Part shown: one piece after another, positions 38,675-53,305 of the stretch | Numbering within the stretch: position 1 is the stretch's first letter | How the letters are laid out: every line of letters starts with the position of its first letter | NCBI RefSeq assembly: GCF_000181795.1 | Contig: NW_003526945.1 | Location: 3,398,305-3,461,086, forward strand | Origin: Trichinella spiralis | Lineage: Eukaryota | DNA: 62,782 nucleotides | Direction: 5' to 3' | Program-made: the position numbers and the translations under genes | Notes under the pieces: generated by a model | Database searches by the model: none | What the model was told of the DNA's origin: nothing | The model's input: the letters and a program-made list of their open reading frames with translations, nothing else

Positions 38675-41267
38675 CTAAATATTACAACTGGTAAATTGAA
38701 AATAAAGCATTCAAAAATAATTATATATATACAATTTTGAAGAAAGAGAAAATTGTTCATTCTTGAATGCAAGTGAATAAATTTTCAATTACATCAAGCA
38801 GAGTAATTGTTGCAATGATTTGCAAAGATTGATAAAGAGACAGTCGTATGTTGCATTACATCATTAATATTTGGATAACAGCATGTGAATGAAATTAGAT
38901 TACTGCTACCAATAATGATTTGGAAAGAAAATTTGCTTTCGCCAGCCAGTTCAAAGGAGCGCTCTAAACAAAACCCACTCACGAGCTGAAAGAGAAGCAT
39001 CATTAGGAAGTTTTGCTTCTGAACAAATTTGCTTGGAAAATTTGAATTTATCCATTAAATTGCTTTGACAAATCATTTACTGATCGTTGTCTATTTACGT
39101 ATTCATGTATTTGCAAATTAGCATCGTCTTGAGAGCGCGTAGGGTGGCCATAAATGCCTAAATCAGATTTACAACCGCAACACATCTGCATGTTCAGATC
39201 ACCTCCACCAAGCGTGCATCAACTGAATACAACAACGCTGTCCGGTAAATGTGCCTCCATCCACATGCACACACACACACATACACTCTTAATCGCTTTA
39301 TTTCTGATTTTTACCAACTAATGGTCTAATGGTCTTTCAATTGTCAGCTAAATTTCGATCGTCCTTATCATTATCTATCCAATTTAATACTACTGGTCGT
39401 GTAGTGTAATTGTATTTATTAGGTAAGTAAGCAAATGGTTTTCAACTGAAATTTGGTACCGCTTAACAATGCCCATCATCCAATGAGAAAATTTCAAAAA
39501 CCGAATTCAATAACTGAATTGACAAAAACGATAGCTTTGCATTGCGTAAATTGAATAAAGCAAATAAAATTAAAAATTCATTGTTAATTGTGAACAATCG
39601 CTGTTCGACGATCAAATTAAAGTCCAAAGTCAAGAAATTTCTCCCAAAATTGAAACGATCCATTTCATGAATATTCCAATTACAACAACACACACCCGTG
39701 CACCACTTCAATGATGATCAAAATGCTCACGTTATAAGATTAGAAAAAGGAAAAGAACATTTTTTTTTCTCTTTTTATTGTTTTTTGACATTTAAATCAT
39801 GATATTCCCAATTCAAATAAATCAATGCTTCATTATTTCTTGCTTTCTCTTTCAAACGCAGTTTTATTGGTAGAAATGACAAATGTGCAATGCAGCTTTA
39901 TTATTTACTATGCATGATAATATTTTGTTATGCATGCAATTTGTACAATAAATGAGAATAATGAAATCAATTACGCGCATGTGGAGTTCAATTTTGAAAG
40001 CAATGCGTTTTCTGCAATTATCGATTCGCTTAAATAATAAATTAAATAAAAATACTAGCTTATTTTTTCGGTTTGCTAACAAAGCAGCTTATCATTCACA
40101 TTGAAACATTCAATTTTCTATAATATACTTGTACAAGTAGGTCTTTGTTAGAAATTTTATTCATTTTCAATTGAAAAAGCAATACAATTTGACCATGAAC
40201 TATTTAAAAATCCACTAAGCGATCTAAAAAGCGACGCACTTCTTTCTTTGAACTTTTTGATGACATTTAAATGAAAAAATATTGAAATAATATCAGAAAT
40301 TTACAAACGCTTAAATGATTTTAAAAATAATATTTAAAAAATTTAGCGAATTCAAATTTATATACAGACTGTGAAAAAAAGTGAATGAAAATTTCAGTGA
40401 AATTGCTTGTTATCAGTTTATTTGGAAATATTAAAAATAAAATTTTCTAGTTTAAACTTCTTTTTGCGGATCATTTTTTTATTAAAGAAAAATTGTGAAA
40501 CATTGAATTGAAATGTACAATTTAAACTTGAATGTTACAGTATGAAATTGGTATTTAAAAGATAGAAAAAATTGTGAAAATATTGTTTTAGTGAAGAATT
40601 TTTTTTATAAATAAAAATGTTTACATAAATTGAATTTTATACCTGTAACTTCGGCGAAGATGAATAAATTGAAACAAGCAAACAGCAGCGTGCGTTCGGA
40701 GGGCATTTTTTGCATTGAATTGAAAATGAAAGTTACAACTGTTTATTTATTTGTTTCGCTTGTATTTCCCATTTGACCCATTAAAAACCTGTTATTTAAT
40801 TTTAGCGTGTTTTCATGTCGAATATTTTCCGTCTTGGTCTTGATGCAACCGTGTTAGCAGGGGAAAATGACGTGACGCAAAAATTGCGGACCGTAAAAGG
40901 AGGACAAGCTAAGCTACAGCGAAAGTGGGTAAACTTGGTGTAAAGGTGAAAAGTCAAAATTGTTCCTCATGTTTTTTTTCATCAGCATTATTGAATTGTT
41001 GTCTGTTTTAATTTTACTAATTTATTTCTAAACACAACTGCTTGAAAATTATTCATTAAATCATTATCAATGGTGATATAATCTATTGCATCATGCTTGA
41101 TCAGTTGAACAACAATCAATCTCAATGACACGTTTCACTGTTCGATTGAATACAAACATACATTTTGCAAGATTATACACGACTAAATTTGAACCAAGAA
41201 ATGGTTTAATTTCAATTTTATTCGTGCATTCAGAGCGAAGGATTATTTGGTTGCTGGACGGTGGAAA

Positions 41268-42633
<1,366 letters not shown>

Positions 42634-43817
42634 TTTTTAATGTTAATCAAAATAATCTTTGAGAAAAGAAACTGCAAGTAATTTTACTGTATATAAATGT
42701 GCTCAAGTCAGTGTATATAAATGTTTAAATAATTTTGAGACAAAATAAATTTTTCAAAAAAATACAAATTATTTAGCGTAAAAAAATACATTTAAAATGC
42801 AGTACTATTGAAAATAACTGATTCTAAACTTATCTGAAAATGCTGCGTGATATTTAAAATAATATATACATTTTAAAAGTTAAAATATTTTCAAATTTAG
42901 ACAATAAATGATAATTTTTTTGAAATTGCTTAGAAACTTTAATAATTGACGGGCTTGAGAAAGTGGTCATCTCCTTAAAAATTGACAACTTTCACGACTA
43001 CATTTTTTAGAAAATAAATATATAAATTAAAAACTCTTAAATATTTTAAAAAACAAAACTCATTTAATTTAAATCTAAAAAATTACTGAGCATTAATGTT
43101 ATCTATAAATAATTGTACAGTAAACAAAATGTAACTTGATTGACAGATATTAGATGTAACAGACGATGGATGATGTTATATTTTATGAATTGAAATCTTG
43201 TATGTGTAGGAAGTGTTAGATATATTTATGATCAAATAACGGTCAGAGAAATTCAAATTTTCATATTTTATTTATTACAAAATACTTTAGAAGCGTCTTT
43301 TAAAAACTTTGCTGAACGCTTGACTTTGCAGAACTGTTAAAAAGTATTATTTGTTGCATTTGTGCAATTTAACCTATTTCAATTTTGGTATTCAATAATT
43401 TTACAGTTTAATATAAAGTAGATGCCGATTTTCTTGTACGTTTAAACGCATGATTCACGGTGTAATGCTTAACTTGTAACTTGTAAATTGCATTTGAAAA
43501 TATTGTTCATCTTCAAAATATTGAACGATAATTTTAGTTTTTATACATTTTAATCTATGATAATAAATGCTTCATTTCTGAATGTTTTATTTTACAATTT
43601 CTGAAATGTAAATCAAAAATCTGTGGTCGCACTTGCATTACTTTTAATCGAGTATCGTAATGGTTGGATGTACTTTTTTTAATAAGTAGTAAATTGTGTT
43701 CACATTTTTTGATTTGAAATTCACCTCACGCAGGTTGAAATTTTATCAGATGCACACGTAATACAATATAATATAATGTAATAATTATAATCGTAATATT
43801 TCAGAGATAAGTATCAA

Positions 43818-45468
43818 ATGCAAGCGGTGCATAATCTTTCGAAAAATTTAATACGATTTGGCGTTGGGCTGGCAACAGTCGGTGCCGTTGTTAATTCGGC
43901 GCTTTACAATGGTCAAATAATTTTGTATCAATTGAATTAATGATTTTTCAATGGCTATTAATAATTTAGTTGACGGTGGACAGAGGGCGGTGATTTTTGA
44001 CCGTTTCACCGGTGTCAAGCCCGATGTTGTTGGTGAAGGCACGCATTTCTTAATTCCTTGGGTTCAGAAACCCATTGTTTTCGATATTCGTGCCACTCCT
44101 AGAAACGTTGCTGTGGTCACTGGTAGCAAAGGTGAGTTGCAGCTGTGAAAATGCAAATTTTATTCATTATTAACTGAATCTATGGAGCTGTGGTGAAATT
44201 GAAAATGTGATAATTTCTTTTTATAAAGTTAACAGTTGACAGATTTTATTATAAAACGTCTATATATATTTTGTTACTTTTTAAATTAGATTTACAAAAC
44301 GTGCACACAACACTGCGAATTCTTTTCCGCCCTATACCTGAAGAACTTCCGAAAATTTATACCAACATTGGAGTGGATTATGATGAAAGAATTTTGCCAT
44401 CTATTACAAACGAAGTTCTCAAAGCTGTTGTGGTATGTGATTTGAGAATTTTTTTTTTGGTTTTATTGAAATGTCCTGCTATATTTTTTAAATATGTTGT
44501 TGTTGTAAATGGTGCACTTCTGATTGGAGAAAGTGATTGATTTGTTTTTCAAAATTGCACAGGCACAGTTCGACGCCGCCGATATGATCACCCACAGGGA
44601 GCTTGTCAGTCAGAAAGTGAACGAAGAACTGACCGAACGCGCTTCCCAATTTGGTCTCCTTCTTGACGATATCTCATTGGTTTGTATTCGTTGACAGTTT
44701 TGGTTTTTCTTTTGACTTCATATTAAAATTTCTTCAAGACCCATTTGTCATTTGGTAAAGAATTCACCCAAGCTGTTGAGATGAAACAAGTTGCGCAACA
44801 AGAAGCGGAAAGGGCTCGGTTTTTGGTTGAAAAGGTAACTGTAGTTTTGTGATCTCTTGTTGCTTGGGATTTTGGTGAAGAAAATTATATTTTATATTTA
44901 AAATTTCCCTCCCCATTATGTATATATGTACATTTGTTGATTTATTCTCGTATTTTAGGGTAAAATTTGAAGTAATCAAATTATGTGCGAATTAAGTAAA
45001 GATGACGAGGTTTTTTGTTTGATGTTTAGGCTGAACAGATGAAACTTGCTGCAATCATTTCGGCCGAAGGTGACGCAATTGCTGCCGAATTACTCGGTAC
45101 AGCTTTTCAGGTATGTTGCTGTTTGTGTTCAACTTTTATTCATAATACGATGAAACAAAACTATAGTGATAAAGTGCTTTAAATTGTTATGATGGAATTT
45201 TTTTTTGTAAATTTGATAAGTGGCATTTTTCAAAAATGTCTGACAACTTTGTTATAATGAATAACAAAAAGAAGAAGAAGAAGGAGAATTTTCAATTTTG
45301 ATAGTTTAAAGGTTTGCTTTTTTGTTTCAGCAATCCGGTGATGCTTTGATTGAATTGAGAAAAATAGAAGCAAGTGAAGAAATAGCGGCGCAGCTTGCGA
45401 AACAGAAGAACGTGACATATTTTCCGCCGAATTTGTCACCACTGCTTAGCATACCACAGCAGAAGTAG
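43818..45468 (+). CDS. PHB1: Prohibitin 1 (SPFH domain), ~7 exons
   Basis: [127 protein letters not shown]; stop TAG 45466-45468. Confidence 0.96.
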
Positions 45469-46056
45469 TTGATGTGTCGGTGATGACTCCGATGAATGTG
45501 ATCGATGAAATATAAGTTATTCTGAAAATTCAATGAATAAAATTCACAATTTATCCAATTGTAACATTCAGTTTTGAATATCATTAATGGTTGATTTTTT
45601 GAATTTAGAATATACGAAAAAATGATAAAACAGAATTTGTACTTTTAGGTTTCTAAACAAAATAAATGCACAAATTCAAGTGTAGAGTTTAAAAAGTTAC
45701 GCAGTTAATTTATTTGGATAGAAATAATTTGCAGGTAATATTCATCGTAGTACTGTACAGTAGAATACTGTACTTATTATGAAACTTTATTATTGATATT
45801 GTATTTTCATATGCGTTTAATAATTCATACAATATACATTTGAACTTGAATAGCTACGTTTGAAATGGATATATTTTAAAGTTTTTAATGTTGAAACTTA
45901 GTTTTAAATACTACAATAATTTAAACTAAAGTATAAGAGGATACTTTTAAAGTGATGTTAAAATGTTTAAATTTAAAATGTTGAAAATTAACAAGCTGGG
46001 AAAAAGTGTTAAGTTAAAGCGAGTTTTGTTGCGTGGACTGTCGTTTGGCAAGCAGA

Positions 46057-46422
46057 ATGTCTCTCTATGCGATCATCCAGTGGTTTATTTTGCAATTCGC
46101 TCTCTTATCTTCCCCAGTAGTTCTTGGGTTTCTGCTGGTGTCGGGTTGGTTGCTTTTGTACAAGTTTGAAACGAAAAGGCAGAATGAACGGAAAACTGGA
46201 AGGAATGGAAAATCCGAGTTTCTGAAGTCAAAGCCAAGACCGGTGAGCAGCGGGATAAAATACGATTATGACGTGGAAGCAGCGGTTTATTATCGCATCT
46301 CAAATGCAGAGAGTACGGATAGTTCGCAATTCACATCGGACAGCAATAATCAAAATAATTGTGGTGAAAATTATCCTGATGGGATGAACAACTATTCTGA
46401 TTTTACTGCAGATGATGTCTAA
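46057..46422 (+). CDS. Putative small membrane-anchored protein (~121 aa), orphan
   Basis: Intronless ORF with an N-terminal hydrophobic stretch (IIQWFILQFALLSSPVVLGFLLVSGWLLLY), basic stop-transfer segment and Ser/Asn/Asp-rich tail; GC higher than flanks. Confidence 0.5.
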   Translation: MSLYAIIQWFILQFALLSSPVVLGFLLVSGWLLLYKFETKRQNERKTGRNGKSEFLKSKPRPVSSGIKYDYDVEAAVYYRISNAESTDSSQFTSDSNNQNNCGENYPDGMNNYSDFTADDV

Positions 46423-47329
46423 AAAATTATTTTTACAATTTTACCATTTTTATTAACGTTCATTTAGAAATTTTTGTTTCTTCACAAAATAATGTTTGCA
46501 TTTTTTTGTTATCATGCTTTCTTCTTTTGTAATTGTTAATTACATTTAAATAATAAATGAATATATTAAAATAAAGAGTGTTTCAGACAGAAAATAAAAT
46601 AATATTCAAGTTTACCGTTGCTGCTTACTTTGTTGCAGATCAAATGGTTGACTTGTTATAATGAAGTAAAGTTTTTAAGGTATTTTAAGGCTTGTATTAA
46701 TTTGCAATATGCATATTAATGTGCGAAGATGTAAAAGAAAAATGCGGTGCTCCAAAATGACACGAACGTTCGATGTTGTATTGAAAAGCTTTGATGTTAA
46801 TAATTTTATTTTTTGAAGTTCAGATTATTGTTCATCCAATGTTTAATCAGGCTCCACTTTGATTGTAAAGAACATACACTCATTGGTAGTGTTTTCATTT
46901 CGACAAAAAGCATGCCTATTTTGGAAAGCACGAAAAGTTTCATATTTATTTGCATACGAAATTGCCATTATGCACATGCGCATACGCACATCAGTATATG
47001 CTTTATCTCTGGCAGATGTTAAGCTTTATTATTAGCAATAAATTACTTTTATGATCATGTTTTGAAATTGGTAAAAATAGTCAATTCAACAATTGGTGAA
47101 TTGTTTTGTTTATAAATAAATTATTATAAAATATATCGTCGTATAGAATGAAATAAATATATTTGGCAAAAAAGATAGAAATTCTCAAGTTAGCAAATAA
47201 TAGTCATCGATGTTTCGAGTGATATATGTAGGATTCGAAAGTAAAAAAGCAAAATAACGAAAAGAATATGAATTATTATTTTTTCTATGAAAGTTTCTTA
47301 AATAGACGACCAGTGGGCAGAAATAAATA

Positions 47330-48060
47330 TGCTGAAGTTTGGCGTCGAGTTGGCGCTGTGGGAAAATGGTCTCGGGCAAGCGGATGAAGGTAAAGGTAAG
47401 GCGGCTGTTTTCGCAGCTGACTGCAGCTAGCTGAAACAACTGACCGGATCGAGTTGGAACAGGCGGAGCCGGTGTTCGGCCGTTCGCTAGACATTTGCAT
47501 TTTTCATCCTTTCTATCAGTATCTTTTCTTCATGATGCTTTTTTCCATGCTATTTTTTATGCTTCGGCGAAAGATGGCATTGTTGGCAGGCAGGCAGGCA
47601 GTGTTGGGCAGATAAGACCGAGTGACAAGCTATTGGCCGTATGATTGACAATGACATCATGGTAAAACGCCGCCGGCCAGGCTTTGCAGGTTAGCGGTCA
47701 GCGGTTGGCAATGGCGCCAGGCGGCGGTCAGTTGGTCGCTTTGACCGGCCGGCAGCTTTAAAGCTTGAAGTTCGTCGGCTGAGCATTGTTCTTTGCCAAA
47801 AGCGGCCACTGACCGGTTGACCATCCGGCCGCTTGTCATCGGCCATTTACGGTCCGTTAGCTTTATGCCTCCTCTTTTCAAACAGACAGCAAATGCACAG
47901 ATAGATAGATAGAGATAGATCATTAGGCCGTCACCGAGCCGGCCAGTCACAATTGTGCACGTTTGATCCTGCCCTGCTTGATCGCGTTCATCTGTTTGTC
48001 AGTTAGTTGACTGGCATCGCTTTCAGTCGAATCAATCTCTGCCCTGTGTCCTCTTTTTTC
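47330..48060 (+). promoter_or_regulatory. GC-rich putative promoter/cis-regulatory region of the Wnt gene
   Basis: Non-coding GC/CpG-rich island ending just upstream of the TTTGTAG acceptor that precedes ATG 48138. Confidence 0.4.
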
Positions 48061-48137
48061 ACTCTCATTATATTATAATTATTATTAATTTTCTGTTTTT
48101 CCTAATTTTATACTGTATCCAATTTACTTTGTAGATC

Positions 48138-51100
48138 ATGTTCAAAAGAGAGGTTCTCTGGTTGATTTGTCTGTTGCTTTTTAATCCCCATTGTTTGGCA
48201 AGCTGGTGGTATGTCCCAATTTGTATTGTTTTTCGTAGTATTGTTGTTCAAGAATTAATTACCATTTTGATACATTTCCGCAGGCTATTAGCCACTCCAA
48301 GTGCTTACCAATTCACTTTGAAATTCAACTCGGATTACAAAGACAAATGCCGTCAAATGCACTACCTGGTGGCCAGGCAACGCGAACTATGCCAACTGAG
48401 CAAAAATCTGCTAGCAATTGTCAGTCAAGGTGAATAAATAAATTTATTCCATTCAGTTTGTTGATTGCTTTATTTATTTATTTGCATTTTTTGATTTTAT
48501 TAATCAGGGGCACAGATGGGTTTGAAGGAATGTCAGAGCCAATTTGCCGGTCGGCAGTGGAATTGTTCCACGTTTTTCGACAGCAGTGTGCCAAATTTGT
48601 TGGTAACTAATCAATTCGACGTTGGGATGATGAACGGAAATCGGACCAAATTGTCGAAGCTTAGAAAAAGCTTGGACGGGATGATGTCCGACGCGCCGGC
48701 CATACACGCATCCCAAGATGTGGGCGATCTGTTCGGCGGAATCCTCAAGCTGCGTACGTTGTTTTCCTTTCCCCTTTTCATTTCATTTCATTTCAATTTC
48801 CCCTTTTCAATACATGATAATACGAATTATTATTTAACCGTTATCACAGAAATGCAAACATATATATATATATATACCAAATTTAAGCTTAGCTAATTTT
48901 CATGAAATGTAAAACAAAAAGTGAAACAACTGAGGGGATGGATGTTTGAATCGTCAAAAAGTGTGATGGCCTTGGTCGATTTGAAAATTCCGGCTTCAGT
49001 TCGATATGCATCGACGTTTCTGATACCGCCGCTTATCTTATTTGTTAGCAACCTTGAACGGAAATGGAAAATTGTTAAATAGCTGCAAAACTGGACGTTT
49101 ACCTGGTATATTTTAATCTTATGATTGGAATTTTGAGCAAACAATTCAAAAGCGTAAAGGCCGGATGGAATTATATGCACAGAATCTATGTAAATTTCTA
49201 GTTACTTGCAACTAGAACGTTCAGATAACGTGTTCAAATATTGTGAAGGGAATTTTGGTAAAAGCGCTTGCTGTTGTTGTTGTTGTTGCTGAATGTCAGT
49301 CACTGTTTGCAAACAGATTGTCTGACAAAGTTTCCCCCCTCCCTCTACACCCTGTTGGAGGTGTCATTTCCGCTTTGCTAATCATACTCAATTCAAATTT
49401 TGCTTTTTCAACAAGCTCAAATTGGAACATTTATGATATTTGTTTACCATCAGGCAATATATCTTCATCTTGCTTCTCATTGAACATTGGAAACCGATTG
49501 AAAGGGGAAATTGATCATTCTCCTCAATTTCCTCTTTAGCAATTGAAACGGTGCTCAACACACTTTATTAATCCGTAAACAATACCAGCTAACAAATATG
49601 AATGACAAAAAATTCTTTGTCAACAATTAATATTTTTTTGTTCACACACAACGGCACTAAATTTATCCGAATGATCAAATTATAAATTACTTTTTCTGCA
49701 AAAAACATACAATTTTAATGTTGATATAATATTTTACATACACAAGCAAGTAGTTGTTTCTTTTTTTTTTAATTTTTATTTTAAAATTGGATTCATTCCG
49801 GATTTGAATTTATGATTTATTCTACATCACACGAATATATGCATATCTTAAACTTTTTAAATAATTTATTGCAAAAAGTTGATTTGCAGATGATATTTTG
49901 AGGAGCAAATGTGACGAGAATCAGCTGCGTGCAAAGTGAACAATTCAGCAGGGACTGTTTGAACAATTAACAATGGGATGCGGTTCCCCCCTCGACTGAG
50001 TAATGTGACAAAGCTAGCGGCTGTTATCGTGGAGGAGGATGAAGCTGGACTGATCTGTTTCTGAAGCGTTCTCCAATTTGGGTCAGGTGGAGTAGGGCAA
50101 CGGGGATTTGCAATACACGCGCATTTGCAGGCGAAGCTTGATCAGTTGGGAACATTGCTTTCAGAAATCCCTTTTGCAATGTACCGTCGTGAATGAAGAA
50201 GCCACGTGGCCGTCTGTTTTGCTTGTGGCATTAGACGATTGTAGTTCAGTTGGCAGAAAAGAAATTGCAGACTGTATGGCGAAAACAATTGAAATCTTCA
50301 CCAACACGCTCGCAGCTCAGTTTAAGCCACTTCTGTTTCCGGTGAATGCGCGCATACAGCCGAAATAAATAAGCTCCAACTGTAAGGAGCTTGAAGCGAA
50401 AGATCCGATTAGCCACAGAATAGCGCTTATTCTTCAACTTGCAGCAGCTGAATGTGTTGCCCGCGCAAAATTATTAGATATTTTCCTTCATTGTTGTCGG
50501 TTGGCGTTCGACGACGTCAGCTAATTAATCAAAAACAATCACTTGCAGCTGAACAGGAAATTTGCATCTTGCACAGTCTGTGCTGTTCATATTCTTTGCT
50601 CATTCAAGTCGAAGAACACAAACTGCCCAATTTGGCCGCTAATCATGCAACTTTCTTGTACAAATCAAAATGTCCAAATTGTTAATTACCTTCTGTTATT
50701 AATTATTTTTTTCTTTCCTCTTATTAATATTACGATGAAGCGAACAAGTCGACGATGGAATAAATTTGCCGATAGAAAATTGTGTCTACGAAAAAGCACA
50801 TGATTATGATTGTGTGCTATCGTGATCAGAATTTATTGTCGTTAGATTTTATGTTTCTTTTGGAAATTTTAACACAATGCTTTTCAATTTGCTATGATTC
50901 AATCAATTTCTACAATGTTACTATTTTGCATTCTTTTTCAGATGAGATGTAGTTTAATGCACAGTTTGTTTTTGAAAAAAATTGAATTTTTATTTTAGAT
51001 AGTCGAGAAAAAGCGTATATTCATGCGATTAGTGCAGCAGGCGTTTCATATAGCATCACTCGAGCATGTAGCCAGGGTGATTTGCCGAGCTGTTCGTGTG

Positions 51101-52060
51101 ACAAGAACGTTCACAGGAGAAATTTCAAAAATAAAGTATATTTATTTATTTATTTATTTTCATTTAAAAATTTACATACAGTTCAACTTTTTCAGCGCTT
51201 CCAGGGTCAGTGGGAATGGGGCGGTTGTTCAGAAGACGTCGCATACGGAGAAAGGCTGAGTAAAGATTTTGTCGATTCAAACGAACTAGCCAGAGCTTGG
51301 AGCGATCCAGCCCCGAAATTAATGAACCTTCACAACAACGAAGCTGGTCGTCGGGTAAGACTTTCTCACAATTTTATGCAGCCTCTATTTGGATCAATTC
51401 CATGAAATAAATTGAATCTGTTGGTCCTTTAAAAATTTTTTGCAAATTTGCATGTCGAAACAAGTTGATTTAATTTTAAAATAGTTTTTGATGCGCATTT
51501 TAGGCGATACGCGCGAATATGAAATTGATGTGCAAATGCCACGGTGTCTCAGGTTCTTGTACCGTAAAACTTTGCTGGCGTCGAATGACCGACTTCCAGA
51601 CAATTGGAGAGGCATTGTCAAAAAAATTTGACGGTGCAGTGAAAGTGAAATTTTCTGGACTTCGGCATAAATTGAAGCCCTACGTTGCTGGGCACAAAAA
51701 GCCCACCAAACGAGACTTGGTCTATTTGCAGCAGTCACCAGATTTTTGCCAAGAAAATCCCAAACTGGGCGTATATGGAACAAAAGGGCGTCAATGTGAA
51801 AAAGACGGTTATAGTACAAGTGGCTGTGCAATACTGTGCTGTGGTCGTGGGTAATTTAATATTTATCATGTTCTTGTATCGAAAAATTCTATTTCCCAAC
51901 ATTTGTCAGGCGACATTCCAAAATACAAAGCGTGTATATTTTCAGATATACAGTGAAAAGTGTGGAAAAAGTTCAAGACTGTAATTGTAAATTTCAATGG
52001 TGTTGTGAAGTGAAATGCGAAAAGTGTAAGCACGTTGTCGAAGAATACTTTTGCAAGTAG
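48138..52060 (+). CDS. WntA: Wnt ligand, best match WntA subfamily, 7 exons
   Basis: Exons 48138-48208, 48284-48429, 48508-48753, 50999-51135, 51196-51354, 51504-51850, 51946-52060, all in phase. Signal peptide + SWW, ECQSQF..RQWNCS, WEWGGCSED, MNLHNNEAGR, CKCHGVSGSC (lipidated Ser), LCCGRGY, CNCKFQWCCEVKC. WntA-like signatures from memory: C..M.YLV.RQ..LC.LS and FGG.L..SREKAY..AISAAGV.YSITRACS. Wnt is certain; the subfamily call is less so. Confidence 0.8.
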
Positions 52061-52161
52061 TTCTCGAATTTTGTTTCTGCTCATTTATTAATTTTTAAAT
52101 ATTGCATATTCTCTGTATATGGTGAATTTTATTTTTAAAATAAATTTCCAAATATAAGCAA

Positions 52162-52162
<1 letters not shown>

Positions 52163-52205
<43 letters not shown>
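52163..52205. repeat. (ATT)n microsatellite in the Wnt 3' region
   Basis: About 14 perfect TTA units. Confidence 0.9.
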
Positions 52206-52844
52206 GCGTTTCAGTTAAATTTGTTGGTTGGTTGGTCATTATTTCAACTGTTAAATTCCACTCAAATTGATGAAAAAAGTAATAAATGAAAGGTATTATC
52301 CTTATTGGACATTAAAATTAAAAATTACCCAAATCCCATATACCATTTATTCTACGCTACGCTTGTTCTAACCGGACAATTCATCATCACCATCAACAAC
52401 AACAGGAAATTCTGTTTGTAGAAAATACATTCTAGCGGACTAATCACTTGCAAAACGTTGCAATGGTCTGTTGCATTTCAGAACAATTTGGCATGCAATT
52501 TTTAGTCTATTTAATTGATACCCGCTGTTTATCATTTCTGGCATATTCAATTGCACTTTTGATCGATGCCAATTGATCATACTTTGGGTGTAAACTTTCG
52601 CACACGCCTCAAAATGCCTAACTAACTAGCTAACCACAATATTCAATGTTTCATTGTTAAAAAATATGCAACACTTTTGTAGTTTGAAATTGCCTTTTAT
52701 TATATTTGAAAAAATAAATATGCTAATTTAGAAATTAACTGATCAATTTTTAAACAGTGCTCAACATGATACCAGCAATTTGTAATTTACTTTACTCGTA
52801 TCTTTGTCAAATGGAACTTAGTTTGGTAAGTTTGCTTAATAGAG

Positions 52845-53305
52845 CTAGGTATTATTTTTGCGCATGTTAAAGGTGCATAACACTGCGATAATATTCAGTA
52901 ATTCGTTGCGTCGCAACTCTCCAAAAATACAACAGAAGAAATCAGCAACTTGTAGGCTGTAGAGACGTATAGTCATAACAAAAATATAATACAAATTCAT
53001 CATTTTTTATGCATTTTAATTTATTATTTATTTAATCTATACAATTTTAAAGGATGTTGTAATAAATTTGAAAAATCAAGAACAACTGTTATTAGAATGA
53101 GAAACATTTTACTGAAAAAACAAAAATTTCAACATAAAAATTAATAAACTGATTTGTCACGCATATTTATTTCATGTTACGCTTTTATTTTATCATGATT
53201 AATTTGCATTGAAATCACAGTCTGGTGGCATTTAATTGACAATGCCACTCAATATGTTCACCATTAGAAACGATGCCTTACATCTTTTCTAAATGTTTAT
53301 GATAT
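52845..53305 (-). repeat. Interspersed ~460-bp AT-rich repeat, copy B (inverted relative to copy A)
   Basis: Reverse complement aligns collinearly with 6350-6808 with many substitutions and small indels. Confidence 0.85.
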
